Below are positions 48,276-61,131 of a stretch of 64,000 nt of DNA, in pieces. Both the position numbers and the translations under genes were made by a program. Source of the DNA: Hemiscyllium ocellatum (lineage: Eukaryota); assembly GCF_020745735.1 (NCBI RefSeq), contig NC_083429.1, positions 25,277,877 through 25,341,876 on the forward strand, read 5' to 3'. Each line of letters opens with the position of its first letter. Positions within the stretch are counted from its first letter, which is position 1. The notes under the pieces were generated by a model that was not told the origin of the DNA, searched no databases, and saw nothing but the letters and a program-made list of their open reading frames with translations.

Positions 48276-50666
48276 AAATGGCCAGGGAGAAGTTATGGGA
48301 ATGGAGGAATAAATTTAGAGTAACAACAAAAGAGGGGATCAAACAGCAAAGTAGATGGTAAACAAAAGGGGCGAAGACAACAAAATGATGCACAGTTTCT
48401 TGGACAGGATAACTGCATAATTGGAATCTGATATGCATGGTGGAACAGACATGGTCTATCTTTCTTAGTCAACTCAGGCCCCGACCCTCTCTGTTCCTAA
48501 CCTACCTACTCAATCTCCTGCAATTCTGGCCAGTTTCACATGGCCAAATCTCTGAGGGGCTCAGCTACTGGCCAAAGGACAAGGAGGCAGAATTAAAAAG
48601 GAAAGCAAGGTGAAAGACTGTAGATGAAATTAGAAAGAACTGGAGAGTTGGAGCATGGGTGAGAGAGAACGCTGAGAAATGGATGGGCAGTTATAGTCTT
48701 GTTGGGGTAACACAGCTGACTGAAATATTCAATGGCCTGGATCAGTAATCCAGAGAATGAGAGTTCATAATCTGAACATTGTATTTTGAAAATATGAATT
48801 CAGTTCTTTATAAAACAACAAACAAATCTCATTAATGGTGACTGTGAAGCTGTTGCATTATTGTTAAAAGAAAAACTGGCTCGCTAGTGTCTTTCACTGA
48901 AGGAAACCAACTGTCCTTACCTGCCCTGCTCAATATGTGATTCCAGTATCACACAAACATTGTTGACCTTTAACTTCCCTCTGAAGAAGTCCACCTAGCC
49001 ATTCAGTTCTTTCACCTTTCTCTAAAGGACAACTAGGGATGAAATCTAATTATTTTAGTATCTTTTCTCAAGTTCATATCTCGAGAATTAGTCAAATGAA
49101 CAGAACATTTTCTTTGATGCCAATAAATCAGATAATGACAAATCAATTCAATAGGCCAGAAGGATAGTTGTTAAAATAAAAAAAAATTGCTGCACCAGTA
49201 TAGGGAGGTGTTACTGTTCTGGTGTTGAGATAAAGATGCTTTTCTGTAGAAGAACAGAAGAAGCTAGCTTTTAGTTAACTTTTATACCTTAATCTTAAAA
49301 GGGAAATTTGAAGCAAGAATTATAATAGGGCATATATATGTGCCCTGGCAATGCAAAGTGGAAGGAGGTTTTATCTGTGTCTGCTCCATATTGAATAGTG
49401 TAGATCCAATCAGAGCTATTCCTGATCCAAAAGCACTTAATGTTGACACCATAAGCAAAAATAGAAAGGCTGTAACTCTCTTACGTCTATGTACAGAGGG
49501 GTCCCTCCACCCATCTCTCTAAAATGTCCAATAACAAGGATTTCAACTATGCTGATCAATTCCAGTGTCAGAGCAGGGTGCTGTGAAATAATGTAAATTT
49601 GATAATTTCTCCCCAGATTAGCTATTGAGTGAAATGTGAACCAAGCTGAAGTAGACAGAAGTGTTCCTATTGCAGTAGCAGCCTTTAAATCTCCCATGGC
49701 TCCCTACCTATCTTCCCCCTATGGACTCCTCCAGTTTTACATGTAAGTAATGAGAGATTACACCAATCCTCATTAAAGGTGGCATTTCATGGGGTAGTTA
49801 AAGAAAAAAACCTTCTGGTTTGTAAGCTATAAATGCAGCACAGCACACACCCTTTAAAATGTCATTGTTGAGACAATAAAAATTAACTCCCTAGACAGTC
49901 TTATATTTGTTTGTGATTGCTTTGGGGCACCTAAATAAAACTGGAAGCTCATTACAGGAAACATATTCAAAAGCATCTCAATGCAACTAACCCTAATGCC
50001 AGCTCCTGAAAAAAAAATCCACAGTTCTGCTACACTCACAGAGGAATTGTAACTACGCAATGATAAACTACCACTGCAGAGAAATGTGCTGTGGCTGCTT
50101 ATAAGTTTCTAACATGATGTGGTATCAAACTTTAAGAAAGAATGCCCAGGTATAGAAATCCAGCAAGGGCACGAGCAGAGGAGAGAAACTGAAATAAATA
50201 AGACTGGTCAAGTAATGCTAATTTAGAATCGTAGACTGGTTACAGAACATTAGGAAGCCATTTGACCTGCTGCATCCTAGTGACACACCCACTTCTTGTT
50301 AACCTGGATGATTTTTCTCTTCAGATAATTATCCATTTGCCTTGAAGCCACAATTGAATCTGCATCTACTCCCACAGCAGTGCATCCACATCCGAAATGC
50401 TTGCTGCATAGATAGGCTTCTGCTCCCACGGTCTCTCATCCTATTGTCTATCAGTCTCTTCCACTAAACGTAAACTGTGTATTGTAGAAGGATAGAAAAA
50501 CTAAGCATGATAAAAAGGTATTTTGGACTCCTGGGCTAAAGTCAAAATGACAGGTAATGGTAATGGAGTCATTACCAATAATCCAACCAAACTTGAGTTC
50601 AGAACCCAATTTGAATTCAGCTCAAAAGTATGGAGATAAAAAACTGGTGTAAAAATGATGATTAAT

Positions 50667-50970
50667 TTTAGATTACTTACAGTGCGGAAACAGACCTCTC
50701 AGTCCAACAAGTCCACACCGACCCTCCAAAAAGCAACCCACCCAGACCCCTACATTTACCCCTTCACCTAACACTACGGGCAATTTAGCATGGCCAACTC
50801 ACCTAATCTGCACATTTTTGGACTGTGGGAGGAAACCGGAGCACCCGGAGGAAACCCTCGCAGACACGGGGAGATCGTGCAAACTCCACACAGTCGCCCA
50901 AGGCGGGATCTGAACCCGAGTCTCTGGTGCTGTGAGGCAGCAGAGCTAACTACTGTACCACTGTGCTGCC
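50667..50970 (-). mobile_element. HE1-type SINE
   Basis: Full-length. Inserted into another SINE (50555-51170). Confidence 0.88.
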
Positions 50971-51458
50971 AATTAAGTTGTTGGATTGTCATAAAAGCTC
51001 AAATGATTCATTCAGGGAAAGAATCCTCTATTCCATCCCTGCTCTGGCCTCTAAGTATCAGCTCTGCACCAAAGGATTTGACACTTAACTGCCCCCTACC
51101 ATGACCTAATAAGTCAATAAATTCTGATGAGACATTACCAACAGTACAAGGAAAAGGTCCATCATCACCTGTTCAGGACATACAGACAGGGTCTCACTTT
51201 ATCCAGCCCACAGTCTTATTATTTTATTGATTTTATTATGAATCAATATGTTGCAAAGCTAGGAAGAAGGAGAACTGAGAGTACAATGGCATCACTCTAA
51301 AAAATTAATTGTTTCCACTAAAGCCACCACCACCTCCACACTCCCCAACTATCTCTGACTCCTGTTTTTCTGAGTAATTGGAAAGGGGTGAGGTGTCTCA
51401 TTATGCTCTTGTTAACTATGATTCTCACCCTTTGTGCTGGTGCCAAGCGATTTACAGT

Positions 51459-51514
51459 ATCTATTCCTGAGATGCTGCCTGGCCTGCTGTGCTTTGACCA
51501 GCAACACATTTGCA
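51459..51514 (+). mobile_element. 56-bp Penelope-like pLTR fragment with intact TSD
   Basis: Body matches the 32790 subfamily. TSD ccaagcgatttacagt at 51443-51458 and 51515-51530. Confidence 0.8.
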
Positions 51515-53227
51515 CCAAGCGATTTACAGTTGATATGCTCCATGATTCAGCTCCAGGCCGGTAGTGAGGGAATCTTTAAATCATCTCAAACTCCCATGCC
51601 AGACAGAGATAGATAAGCTCTTAAATTTTAACAGTGACACTTCTGGAAGTGTGGCTATGAGTTAAAAATTGCAGGTTCAATCCCCACTCTTGAATCTTAA
51701 AGACATAGTGTCAGCTGGGGCTTCACTGCAGTAAGAGTGCAGAACTGTCAGAGATGCTGTCTTTTATTTGAAACATTAAACTGAGGCCCAGCCTACTGTT
51801 TCAGGTGGATGAGAAAGATCCTTTGTCTCTAATTGAGGGCAGAGAGGTTTGCTAGTGGTCTGGCCAATAGTTTTTTTGAACAACATCAGTCAGATTATCT
51901 AGTCATTTATCTCATTACGTTTCAAGCCCTTTCCTTCAGAAGGAAGGACTGTGGTGTCACTTGAATATGGTAACACAGGAATGGTAACTATGTATCCATT
52001 CGCCAGCTGGAGTCAAAACCTTTAAAAAGAGAAGCGGAGAAAAAAAATCAGTAGTTCTAAGGAAAAAGACTAACTTTTACAGAACATGTTCTAAACACTT
52101 TACAACTACTGAATGATTTTTAAAGTATACCTTCTGCTTTACCAAGCAGCAGGCTGCTATCTTGCATTATGAAATAGGAAATGGAACAAGGTGGGGCAAA
52201 TTGGGGCAATGGTTTGGCTTTGTGCAATTGGATGGTTTTGTTTTTATCCATTTTCTTCTCTGAGAACATATGTTTCAAGTTAGAAATATTAGCAGAATGT
52301 AGACAGAACTGGTCAATTCGGAATTGTCAATAATCCACTCAGTTTTATATATATTTTTAGAGTAAGTAAGATCTCATTATAAACCAGCACATTACTCAGA
52401 CATCAATGCATGCGTAACTTTCCCTGTCTAACAATTTGTCCATTTTATCCCTGCCTCCCCAGGGAATCTCATTGTCTGCCACAATTAAGTGGTGACAGGC
52501 CCATTATTGAGCTTTCCTTTAAATGGATAGTTGGTTTGTTTGCTACATTAGAAACTTAACTCTTTCAGTCCATATTAAATAGAATTACTGTGAAACAGCT
52601 TCCAAGTAAGTATTGACCAATAACACAAACTATTAAGGTCAGAAGATTGCAACTAACATTCAAAGAAACACAATCTTAATATTCAAAGACCAAGCAAAAT
52701 AAACAAGCTTGATTACATTTGACTTTTTTCATTAGATTTGTAGTTTATCATAATGAAAAACTCAAATTTGCCACATCTACACTACTTTAACAATTTTAGT
52801 TAGAGTAATAAAATGTTGGAGACAAGAATTAGCCTCCCAGCTTCTGGTCTCCACATCAGCTGATATTGTTCTTGCTGGAGGTGCCATCTCTCCCTCACCC
52901 TCTCTCCACTAAGTCAACACTCATCTCATCACTCTACAAAAAATAAACCTTTGATCCCACCATCTTTGTAAACTATCATCCTATCTTCAATCTCCCTCTC
53001 TAAAGTGCTTGAATGCATTGTTGCTTTCCAAATCTGTTCCAGGAAATCCATTTTTGAATTCTTCCAATCAGATTCTCATTCCAGCCACTAATCTGAAATA
53101 ACTCTAAACAAAATCTCAAAATGATCCTCTGTGATAGTGAGATAAAGGAATGTTCCCTCCTCTTCTGCAACTTTGACATGATTACTCACACTAGCTTCCC
53201 CTCCCCTACTGTCACTTAGGTTCCATT

Positions 53228-53586
53228 TGAGGGACATGGATAGGATAAATAAATAAAGTCTCTTCTCTGGAGTGGGGGAGTGAAGAACTAGAGGGCATAG
53301 GTTTAGGGTGAGAGGGGAAAGATATAAAAGGGACCTAAGGGGCAATGTTTTCACGCAGAGGGTGGTACGTGTATGGAATGAACTACCAGAGGAGCGTGGT
53401 GGAGGCTCGTACAATTGCAACATTTAAAGGGCATCTGGATGGGTATATGAATAGGAAGGGTTTGGAGGGATATGGACCGCGTGCTGGCAGGTGGAACTAG
53501 ATTATGTTGGGATATCTGGTCGGCATGGACACGTTGGACTGAAGGGTCTGTTTCCGTGCTGTACATCTCAATGATTTTATGACTCT
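53228..53586 (+). mobile_element. CR1 LINE 3' end
   Basis: RGHRFRVRGERYKRDLRGNVFTQRVVRVWNELPE and tail. Confidence 0.88.
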
Positions 53587-53771
53587 ACCAAACCAACCAT
53601 TGCTTCAGCATCATCTGTAATGATTTCTCTACCTGCTCCCATTACTTTTGGTATCCTCGAAGAGTCTATGGCAGAGTTTTTTCTCCATTCAAATATAGGA
53701 AAGGCTGAAATAATTGCTTCGAGTCCCTCTTTCAAATACTGTTGCTTGGCTATCAATGCCATCCCTTTAAC

Positions 53772-54770
53772 ATGAACATGAAAGCACAGGAGATAGTAAC
53801 AGCAGTAGGCCCCACAGCCCTTTATCAACCTACACCACCATTCAATACAATCAGGGCTGACTTTTAACTTCAACTCCAGTTTCCTATCTGCACCTAAAAT
53901 CCCTTCATTCTCTAAAAGTCTAAAAATCTAAAAGCCTGCCTATCTCAGACTTATTTACATTTCATGATGGAGAATTCACAACTCTCTAGGGTAGAGAATT
54001 CCAAAGCCTCACAACACTTTGAAGAAATTTTCTTCTCAGGTCATTCTGATTTTGGGACTGTGACCCGTGTTTTATATTCTCCAGCCAGTTGAAATAACCC
54101 CTTAGTATCTACCCTGTCAAGTCCCATCATGATCTGCATTTGTGAAAAGGATCACTTTTTATTCTTCTAAACCCGAAAAAATGGTCATCCAATTTAATCA
54201 GCCTCTCATCATTGGCTCACCCACTCACCCCATTGGGAAATAAAGTGAAACGTTGTCACTATGCTGCCTCCAATCTTTAAATATGGAGACCAAAATTGCA
54301 CACAATTTCCCAGGCAGACAATTCCAGCAAGATTTCTTTATTCCCATATTCCAAACCCTTTGCAATAAAAGCCAATATGCCATTTGCTTTACCCATTACT
54401 TGCTATACCCATACGCTAACTTTCCTTATATGGTCTGTCTGAACACCAACATTTACTAATTTCACGCCTTTAAAAAAAAATTAAAATGTTATGACAAAAC
54501 TGAGTAACTCCATACTTCCTTAAATTATACTTTATTTCCCACCTTGCTGTCCACTCACTTATATTGTGTAGGTATCTTTGAAATCTCTTTCCACCTCACA
54601 ACTTGTATCATCAACAAATTTAGATACATCAATCACTTTCTTCATCCAAGTCATTAACATAGATTGCCATTGGCTGAGGTCCCAACTCAAATCCTTGCAG
54701 CACTCCACTAACCACATCGGCCGACTTGAATACACCATTTGTGCTTACTCTTTGTCTGACAACCTCCTGA
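53772..54770 (-). mobile_element. Old CR1 LINE fragment
   Basis: RQRVSTNG..VVSGVLQGFELGP..IYVNDLDE remnants and CR1 3' UTR. Confidence 0.7.
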
Positions 54771-55949
54771 GATGAAGCCAGTCTGTTCAGAACTTTGGTG
54801 TCACATTTGATCGTGAGATAAGTTTTCAATGTCATGCTGGCACCAACAATAAGATGATGGCCTTTTCCACTTCCACGTCATTGCCTAACCTCACTGCTAT
54901 CCCAGCTCACTCAGCTGCTGTTGAAATGCTCATTCATGCATTTATTATCTCCAAGCTCAACTATTCCACCACATTTCTGACTGGCCTCCCATATTTTAGC
55001 CTCAATGAACTGAGGTTATCCAAAATTTTGCTTCCTTTGTCTTAATTTGCATGGATACCCATTCCTCTATCACCTATATTCACTGACTTACACTGTGGGT
55101 CTCAGTCAACCAACATCCTGATTTTACAATTCTCATCCTTGCTTTCAAATCTCCCTGGCCTTGCCTCTCCCTAGCTCTGTAATCTCTTACACCCTAACAA
55201 ATTTCAAGATATCTGCACCCGTCTAGTAATGTTCTTTGGAGCATTACAATTTTACTATAGTTGGCCGTACATGGAATTGCCTTAATGCAGGATCTGGAAA
55301 CTTTCCCTACAGTTCTCTGCCTCTCATCTCACTTTTCTTCTTTAAGAAATTTTCTTAAAATGTGCCTCTTTGCCCAAGCTTTCATTCATCTGATTAACAT
55401 CCCATGGTGGCTCAGTGTTATCTTCTGTTTTATAATAATCCTGTGAAGAGTCTTGAGGTTTATTTTTTATGGACAGGTACATAGATAGGACAGGTTTAAA
55501 GGGATATGGGCCAAATGCAGGCAAATGGCAGTAATCAGTTTAGGAAACCAAATTGGGCTGAAGGGCCTGTTTCCATGCTATATGATTCTATGTCAAAGAT
55601 TCAGTCTCCATAGATACTCAGTGATTTCTGTGTTAATTGAAGGTTGGAGGCATTCATAAGCTTACCCCACCGCATTCCCGATCAACCTCCTCAGAACTGT
55701 TCGACTGAACGGAGCCTGGATCACTTGTATTCAACTGGGTTGATGAACACCACTGCCCTTCTAAACTCTCTTTGGGGACATATATCTACAATGTGAAAAT
55801 ACTTGCTCCCCTCCTCCATTTAAAAGAAAGAAAGAGCTTGCATTCATATAGTGCTTTTTCAGATTCTCTGGGTATCCCAAAAACCTTCACTATCAGTGAA
55901 ATACTTTTGAATGTTTTTTATTGTTATTTGGTCAGTGAATGTGCATAAC

Positions 55950-56950
55950 AATGGCTAAGCCAGTATTCATTAGGTATTCCAGGTAAGTGAGCTGCCTTCT
56001 TGAAATGCTGTAGGGAATGTAGGGAGACTGAATGCTTTTTGGGAGGAATCGCAAGGATTCTGACTCGGCATGAGTGAAAGAACACCAAAATTAGTTCCAA
56101 ATCAAAATGATATACAACTTGGAGGTTGAACTTGCAAGTGGCATTGTTCCAATGCATCTGTTACCCTTGTTCTTCTGGATGGCAGTGTTTTCTGGTTTGG
56201 AGGGTGCTGTAGAAGGAACCTTGATGTAATACTGCAGTGCTTCCTGGAGATGGTACACAATGACACATCGATGGTGAAAGGAGTGAATGGTGAATGTAGA
56301 GGATAGGGTGTCAATAAGCAAGCGGCTTTGTCCTGGATGGTGTCAAGGTTCTTGAATTTTGTTCAAGCTATACTCAAGCAGGCATGTGGAGATACTCCAT
56401 CACATTCCTGACTTGTAACTTGTTGATAGTGGATTGGGATTGCAGTGACAGAAAATGTGTTACTCACTGAAAGATTCCTAGCCTCTGACCAGCTCTTGTA
56501 TTTATATGTTAAGTTCAAATACATTCCGTTCAGTTTCTGGTCAATTTTAACACCAAAATGTTGATCATGGAGGTGGCAATGCTACTGAATGCCAAGGGAC
56601 AATGGTAGAATTCTCTCTTGTTGGATATGGTCATTGCCTGACATTGAATGGCATGAATGTTATTTGTCACTGGTCAGCCCAAGCCTACATGTTGTCCAGT
56701 TCTTGCTGGATTAGGACACAGAATGCTTCAGTATGTTAGGAGTTACAACAGCTGCTGAACATCGTGCAGGCATCAGCGAATATCTCCATTTCTGATCTTA
56801 TGATGGAGGGAAGGTCACTGATGATGTAGCTGATGATGCTTCAGTCTAGAATATACATTGTGAGGATCTCTCGCAGTGATACCATGGAGCTGGCCTCTAA
56901 CAACCAGAACAATCTTTCCTTTTGTTAGATATGACTTCAAACAGCGGAGA
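55950..56950 (-). mobile_element. Zenon-like LINE 3' fragment
   Basis: Same family as 46445-47250. Confidence 0.72.
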
Positions 56951-59027
56951 TAACCTGTTGCAATTTAGGTAACAGCACAGTCAATTTATGCACAGCAATA
57001 TGACAATAATCAGTGATCGGTACTGGTGATTGTTAGGGATAAATATTGGTCAGGACAGAACTCTTCTGTTTATCAAAACATTGGCTGCATTACCACCAAA
57101 ACTGCGTTATACAAAACTATATCAAAACCCCAAACGTACCCATCCTGTACCTTGGCCAATGTTGCTTTTGATGGCTTAAAATAGAATAATTCAAATAGCA
57201 ATTTCAGTTTCAGTTAAATAGTAAGAAAAGCTAAATGGAAAACATTTAATTTCATACAGATTTGTGGGTTTCTGCCCTCCTTTCCACTGCTCCTTCCCCA
57301 AAAAAACTCTGGGAATATAAGTTTTCTTTCAGCTGAGTCACATATGTATTCTTATATTTGCATCTTACATTCTGCCTGATTTTCTCTCTCTCAGCAGGAG
57401 CTGGCTCAGTGCAGCAGCTTTCAATGTTGTGCTAATATGCAGCCAGCTGGTGCCACACTGCTGTTGATTTATCCCCTCCTCCATCTGCCACTCCCACCCC
57501 GTCTTTCCAAGGGGGCTAATCGTCTCATTGATTTGTGAGGTGATCTATTGACCAAGACTGCCCTAATATACAAAATGCTTTTTTTGATAGTGTGACTGTG
57601 TTTGAGAGACAGTCTCTTTTGGAGGCGGTTCATTGAAATCAAAGACAGTGTTCAAAAATCTTGAAAGGTTTTAATGGAGTGAGAGAGTTGGAATACACTT
57701 AGCTCAGTTTGTTGTGGCACGTTATTCTTTTACATAAATGTTGTAATCTGGAACTCTGGCTGGTGATGGGACAATATTTTCATCATATGGCTGACCAGGA
57801 ATCTCTCCCACTCCTATCTTTTGTCCATTCTAGAGAGTAGCAGTTTGATAGTGAACTTGTTTAGCCATGTTACAACCACATTTTGCTTGGCCATTGAGTC
57901 TTGGTGTGGAACCTGAAGCTGGAGCTTCTCGCTCAGAAACGGGAACTCTATCCACTAGCTACAAGACCTCTCACTTTGATAGAATAAATGAGGAGAAATT
58001 GGTTCAATAGCATTGGAAACCCGAGAACAAGGGTAAAACCACCTGAGGTAACATCAAGAAAAAAAAGTTACACAGTAAATTGTTATAATTTGGAATGTGC
58101 TGTCTAAAAGTGTATTAGAAGTGGATTCAATAATATCTTTCCAAACTGGAATTGAATAAATACTTGGTAGGGACACAGAGAAAGAATGGGATTGTTGTAC
58201 TTTCTGACAGTCAGCACAGGAATACTGGGCTGAAAGGATCACTTCCACACTCTTTCATTCTTGGATTCAATGACAGGCACTCCAAGCAATAGAATCAGAC
58301 ACCTATTATTTGGGTCATTTGGATTAATACCCAACTATCTCAAACATCCAAATCATCTCTGATACAGTGGACTACTTGGAAGAACAGTGACTGCAGGTGA
58401 ATGCTGGTGCCACTTTGTACACTATCACAAGGCCATGCATTGAAATGAATGGTCAATTCCTTGCTGACGTTACTTGAATGAGCAATGTTCGGCAGGACAG
58501 TTCATTTGGTTTATTGGACAGCTGGGCAGGACATCCCATGCTTAAATGTCAGCCAGAGAGGTGGACTGGAATTATTTATAGGGTATTTGGAGATTTTCCA
58601 ATTTGGCTAGTCATTTCAGATGTGGATATGACTCCAATGAAACCAAGATGGCAAAAAGAAAAGGGAGCATTATAATTGTTTTACACTTGCATTACGACAA
58701 CCACACTCTGGAAAATGACAGGGATTCATATTTTAGCATTGAACAGATTCGACTTTCTGCCACTCATGTTTATTTTGTGGAAACTTTATAGCCAACTATC
58801 CCCCTATTTCAACTCCTTCTGCCATTCCCCATGAGAAAAGAAAATATTTGCATTCAGGTAGTATCTCTTGATGTGTTCAGATCATCACAATGCTTTATAG
58901 ACATCGAAATACTCTTAAAGGACATCATTCTAAATGCTATCAATTTAGTAGTCAACTTTCCGAGAGCAAGTTCCCATAAACTAAATGTGATAACCAGAAA
59001 TTTTGTTGTTGTGATTATCAGCATAGA

Positions 59028-59500
59028 GTCATAGAGATATACAGCATGGAAACAGACACTTCAGTCCAACTCATCCATGTTGGCCAGTTATCCTAGATAA
59101 ATCTAGTCCCATTTGCAAGCATTTGGCCCATGTTCCTCTAAACCTTTCCTATTCATATACCCATCCAGATGCCTTTTAAATGTTGTAATTGTACCAGCCT
59201 CCATCACTTCCACTGGCAGCTCATTCCATACACACTCCACCCTCTGTGTGAAAAAGTTGCCCCTTAGGTTCCTTTTAAATTCTTCCCCTTTCACCTTAAA
59301 CCAATGTCCTTGTGTTTTAGAGTTCCCCACCTCAGGGAAAAGACTTTGTCTACGTCCCCTATCCACGCCCCTCATAATTTTATAAACCTCTATAAGGTCA
59401 CCCCTCTGAGGCTGCAGGGAAAACAACCCCAGCCTATTCAGCCTCTCTCTGTGGCTCAAACCAGCAAACCCTGGCAACATCCTTGTAAATCATTTCTGAA
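59028..59500 (-). mobile_element. CR1 LINE 3' end
   Basis: MLPGFAGLSHRERLNRLGLFSL..RGDLIEVYKIMRG..NLRGNFFTQRVECVWNELP and (ctatgact)n tail. Confidence 0.92.
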
Positions 59501-60811
59501 CATAGGCCAGCATTTATCACCCATCAAACCCCAACTGCCCTTGAGAGGGTGATGGTTAGCCACCATTTTGGACTTCTGCAATCCCTGAGCTAAATATTGA
59601 GCAGTCACTGGTCAAAACCAGCCTGGTCTGCTTCATACAGTATCATAGAATATGTTACATTTATCAGAGAGAGAGGATGGATCTTTGGTTTAATGTCTCA
59701 TCTGAATGATGGGAAGTGGTTAAAGGGTAGCTAGTCCATTCATTAGTAAAGCTGAAACTAATATTCCCTTTGTGGGGTAATGGGTAAACCACCTGTATTA
59801 TTTAACAAAGACCCACGTTTTAAGAAAAACCTAGTTCCAATTCTATGTCTGTCTTATATTAACAGATGTCAAGTGGGTCAAAGGTGAATGTATTGCAATC
59901 TGTTTTGGTCCCACAGGGCTAATGACTGCAATACTGTTAGCCTGTGGTACGCGGTGAATGTGAGGTAGGAAAAGATTGGGCTGGGCTAATACGTCACTCT
60001 CCTTCACACGCTCCAACAGTCTGCCAACACCAAACATCTTGAAGGCAGAGTGATTAGGTAAGAGGCTGATGAGTAGCAGGCGCTGTGGACCCATTCTTCA
60101 GGATAAATTACCAGCTGTGAGTTTGGAACTTAATAAGAATTGCAAAATACAGCACAGAAACAGGCCATTCAACCCATTGTATCTTTTCCAGCACTTTTGA
60201 TAGGACTGTCCAAATAATCACATTTCTTGCTTGAGCACCTTGGAAATGTTTCCTTTTCAATTATTTTTACAATCTGCCTGCCAATGTACAGAACTTTGAA
60301 TTTGTTTCCACCACCCAAGTGGAAAACTCAGCCACAGTATTCTCAATCACAACAGCTTGCTGTGCATAATAAAGGTAATATGTATATCTATGCTTCTGCA
60401 GCATCATTGAGACCTACCTGCTTTTTAATTTGCTTTCTCTTAGAAAGACATTCTGCCTATCATACTACATGCCACGTGTCTCAATAATTGGCTAATTGAA
60501 TCAAACAACATGTTCCTCTGAATGTAACAGATCCTACTCAACCAACCTGTGCTTGCAATATGTAGAATAAGAATGTATTTTGTTAAGTTGACATGATTCT
60601 ATGTGGACAGCACTTGCTGAACAAATTTGAGTGTGCAAATAGCAATACTAACAACCAATTTAAGATAACTTGCTGAACTTGTAACTGCTTGCTAGACTTG
60701 GCATATATTCATATGTAGTGGTCAGTTCTCTGCAGACAAAAGGGGTATGTTCAAACCTTGTCATTTTTTGGAAATACCTGGAAGTATGAAGAGATTATAG
60801 TGACCTGTAGT

Positions 60812-61131
60812 ATTAGATTAGATTACTTACAGTGTGAAAACAGGCCCTTCGTCCCAACAAGCCTATACCGACCCTCCGAAGAGCAACCCACCCAGACCCA
60901 TTCCCCTACATTTACCCCTTCACCTAACACTGCTGGTAATTTAGTATGGCCAATTCACCTAACCTGCACATTTTTGGACTGTGGGAGGAAACCGGAGCAC
61001 CCGGAGGAAACCCACGCAGACACTGGGAGAATGTGCAAACTCCACACAGTCAGTCGCCGGAGGCGGGAATTAAACCCGGGTCTCTAGCGCTGTGAGGCAG
61101 CAGTGCTAACCACTGTGCCACCGTGCCGCCC
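60812..61131 (-). mobile_element. HE1-type SINE, young
   Basis: GGGCGGCACGGTGGCACAGTGGTTAGCACTGCTGCCTCACAGCGC head, CpGs retained, (TAATC)n tail. Confidence 0.92.

Larger units (their letters stand above)
52920..55445 (+). mobile_element. Old L2 LINE fragments split by CR1 insertions
   Basis: LDPTIFVNYHPIFNL..KVLE, RTLVSHLI, AVEMLIHAFIISKLNYS remnants and an L2-type 3' UTR. Confidence 0.65.
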
